Part shown: positions 62,998 to 64,000 of the stretch, in pieces | Layout: each line of letters begins with the position of its first letter | How positions within the stretch are numbered: position 1 is the first letter of the stretch | Assembly: GCF_009914755.1 (NCBI RefSeq) | Contig: NC_060941.1 | Length of the DNA stretch: 64,000 nt | Source of the DNA: the human T2T-CHM13v2.0 reference genome, Homo sapiens | Reading direction: 5' to 3' (one strand) | The notes under the pieces: generated by a model | What the model was told of the DNA's origin: nothing | Database searches by the model: none | What the model saw: only the letters and a program-made list of their open reading frames with translations | Position numbers and translations under genes: made by a program

Positions 62998-63590
62998 TAA
63001 TTAAAATTTAAAATATGTTATCTTGCCGTACTAGTATCCACTTTTTCCTCTCCTAACTTGCCCCTCTGCCTTTCTGCACATTATCAAATGGGAACGGGGT
63101 AGGCTCCCGAGCATCACAGCTCCCTCTTCTCCTGCATCTATATTAAGTTTCCTTTCCTGCCCTACCCCAGCCATCGCCACCCCACTTGAACCTGCTGCTT
63201 GTTCAGTATCTATGAGTCTCCTACTATAGCCCCTTGAAAGAAATGACACCCTTGGGAAGCGTTTCCAAGGTACAAATCCAGAGAGTCTTGTAAAGAAATC
63301 CACCAGGCATATTATAAAGGTACAACTGTTGCAATCATCCTACTCTCTTTCTCCCTTTCTTTTCATCCATGTCTCTCTCTAATTCACTCCATCTTCAGTT
63401 GGGTCTGCAGCTTCCACACCTAGGCTGAGAGGTCACAGAAGCAGAGTGTCCCACATTCTCAAGCCTCTTTGTGATGACAGCAGCAGCTGGGAAGGCTAGT
63501 GAGGCATGGCAGGGAAATTAGGAGAGAAATGGAAACTCTAGACCAAGAGAGAGCAGGTGGTTTTTTGTTTTTGGTTTTGCTGTTCATTGA

Positions 63591-63992
<402 letters not shown>

Positions 63993-64000
63993 TAAAAAAA

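Overview
Primate (almost certainly human) genomic DNA. The left ~5 kb holds the 5' end of MED13 (Mediator kinase-module subunit) on the minus strand: coding exon 1 (4077-4142), exon 2 (2004-2238) and a CpG-island promoter. The remaining ~59 kb is upstream intergenic DNA, very dense in Alu (roughly 60 copies or fragments), with MaLR/ERV LTRs, old L1/L2/MIR, hAT DNA-transposon fossils, an SVA and a Y3 RNA retrocopy. Nearly all other ORFs in the track are Alu or low-complexity artefacts. I found no convincing novel multi-gene system. The best leads are: (1) a 5'-truncated SVA with a 254-bp 3' transduction and two poly(A) tails, inserted into the middle of an Alu; (2) two uORFs in the MED13 leader, one in frame with the CDS and one overlapping the start codon; (3) a (CAA)14-CAG-CAA-(CAG)8 repeat inside an exon-like polyQ micro-ORF; (4) a multi-level nested retroelement stack at 13.4-17.7 kb. 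Repeat subfamily names and most repeat boundaries were assigned by eye from recalled consensus sequences and are approximate.
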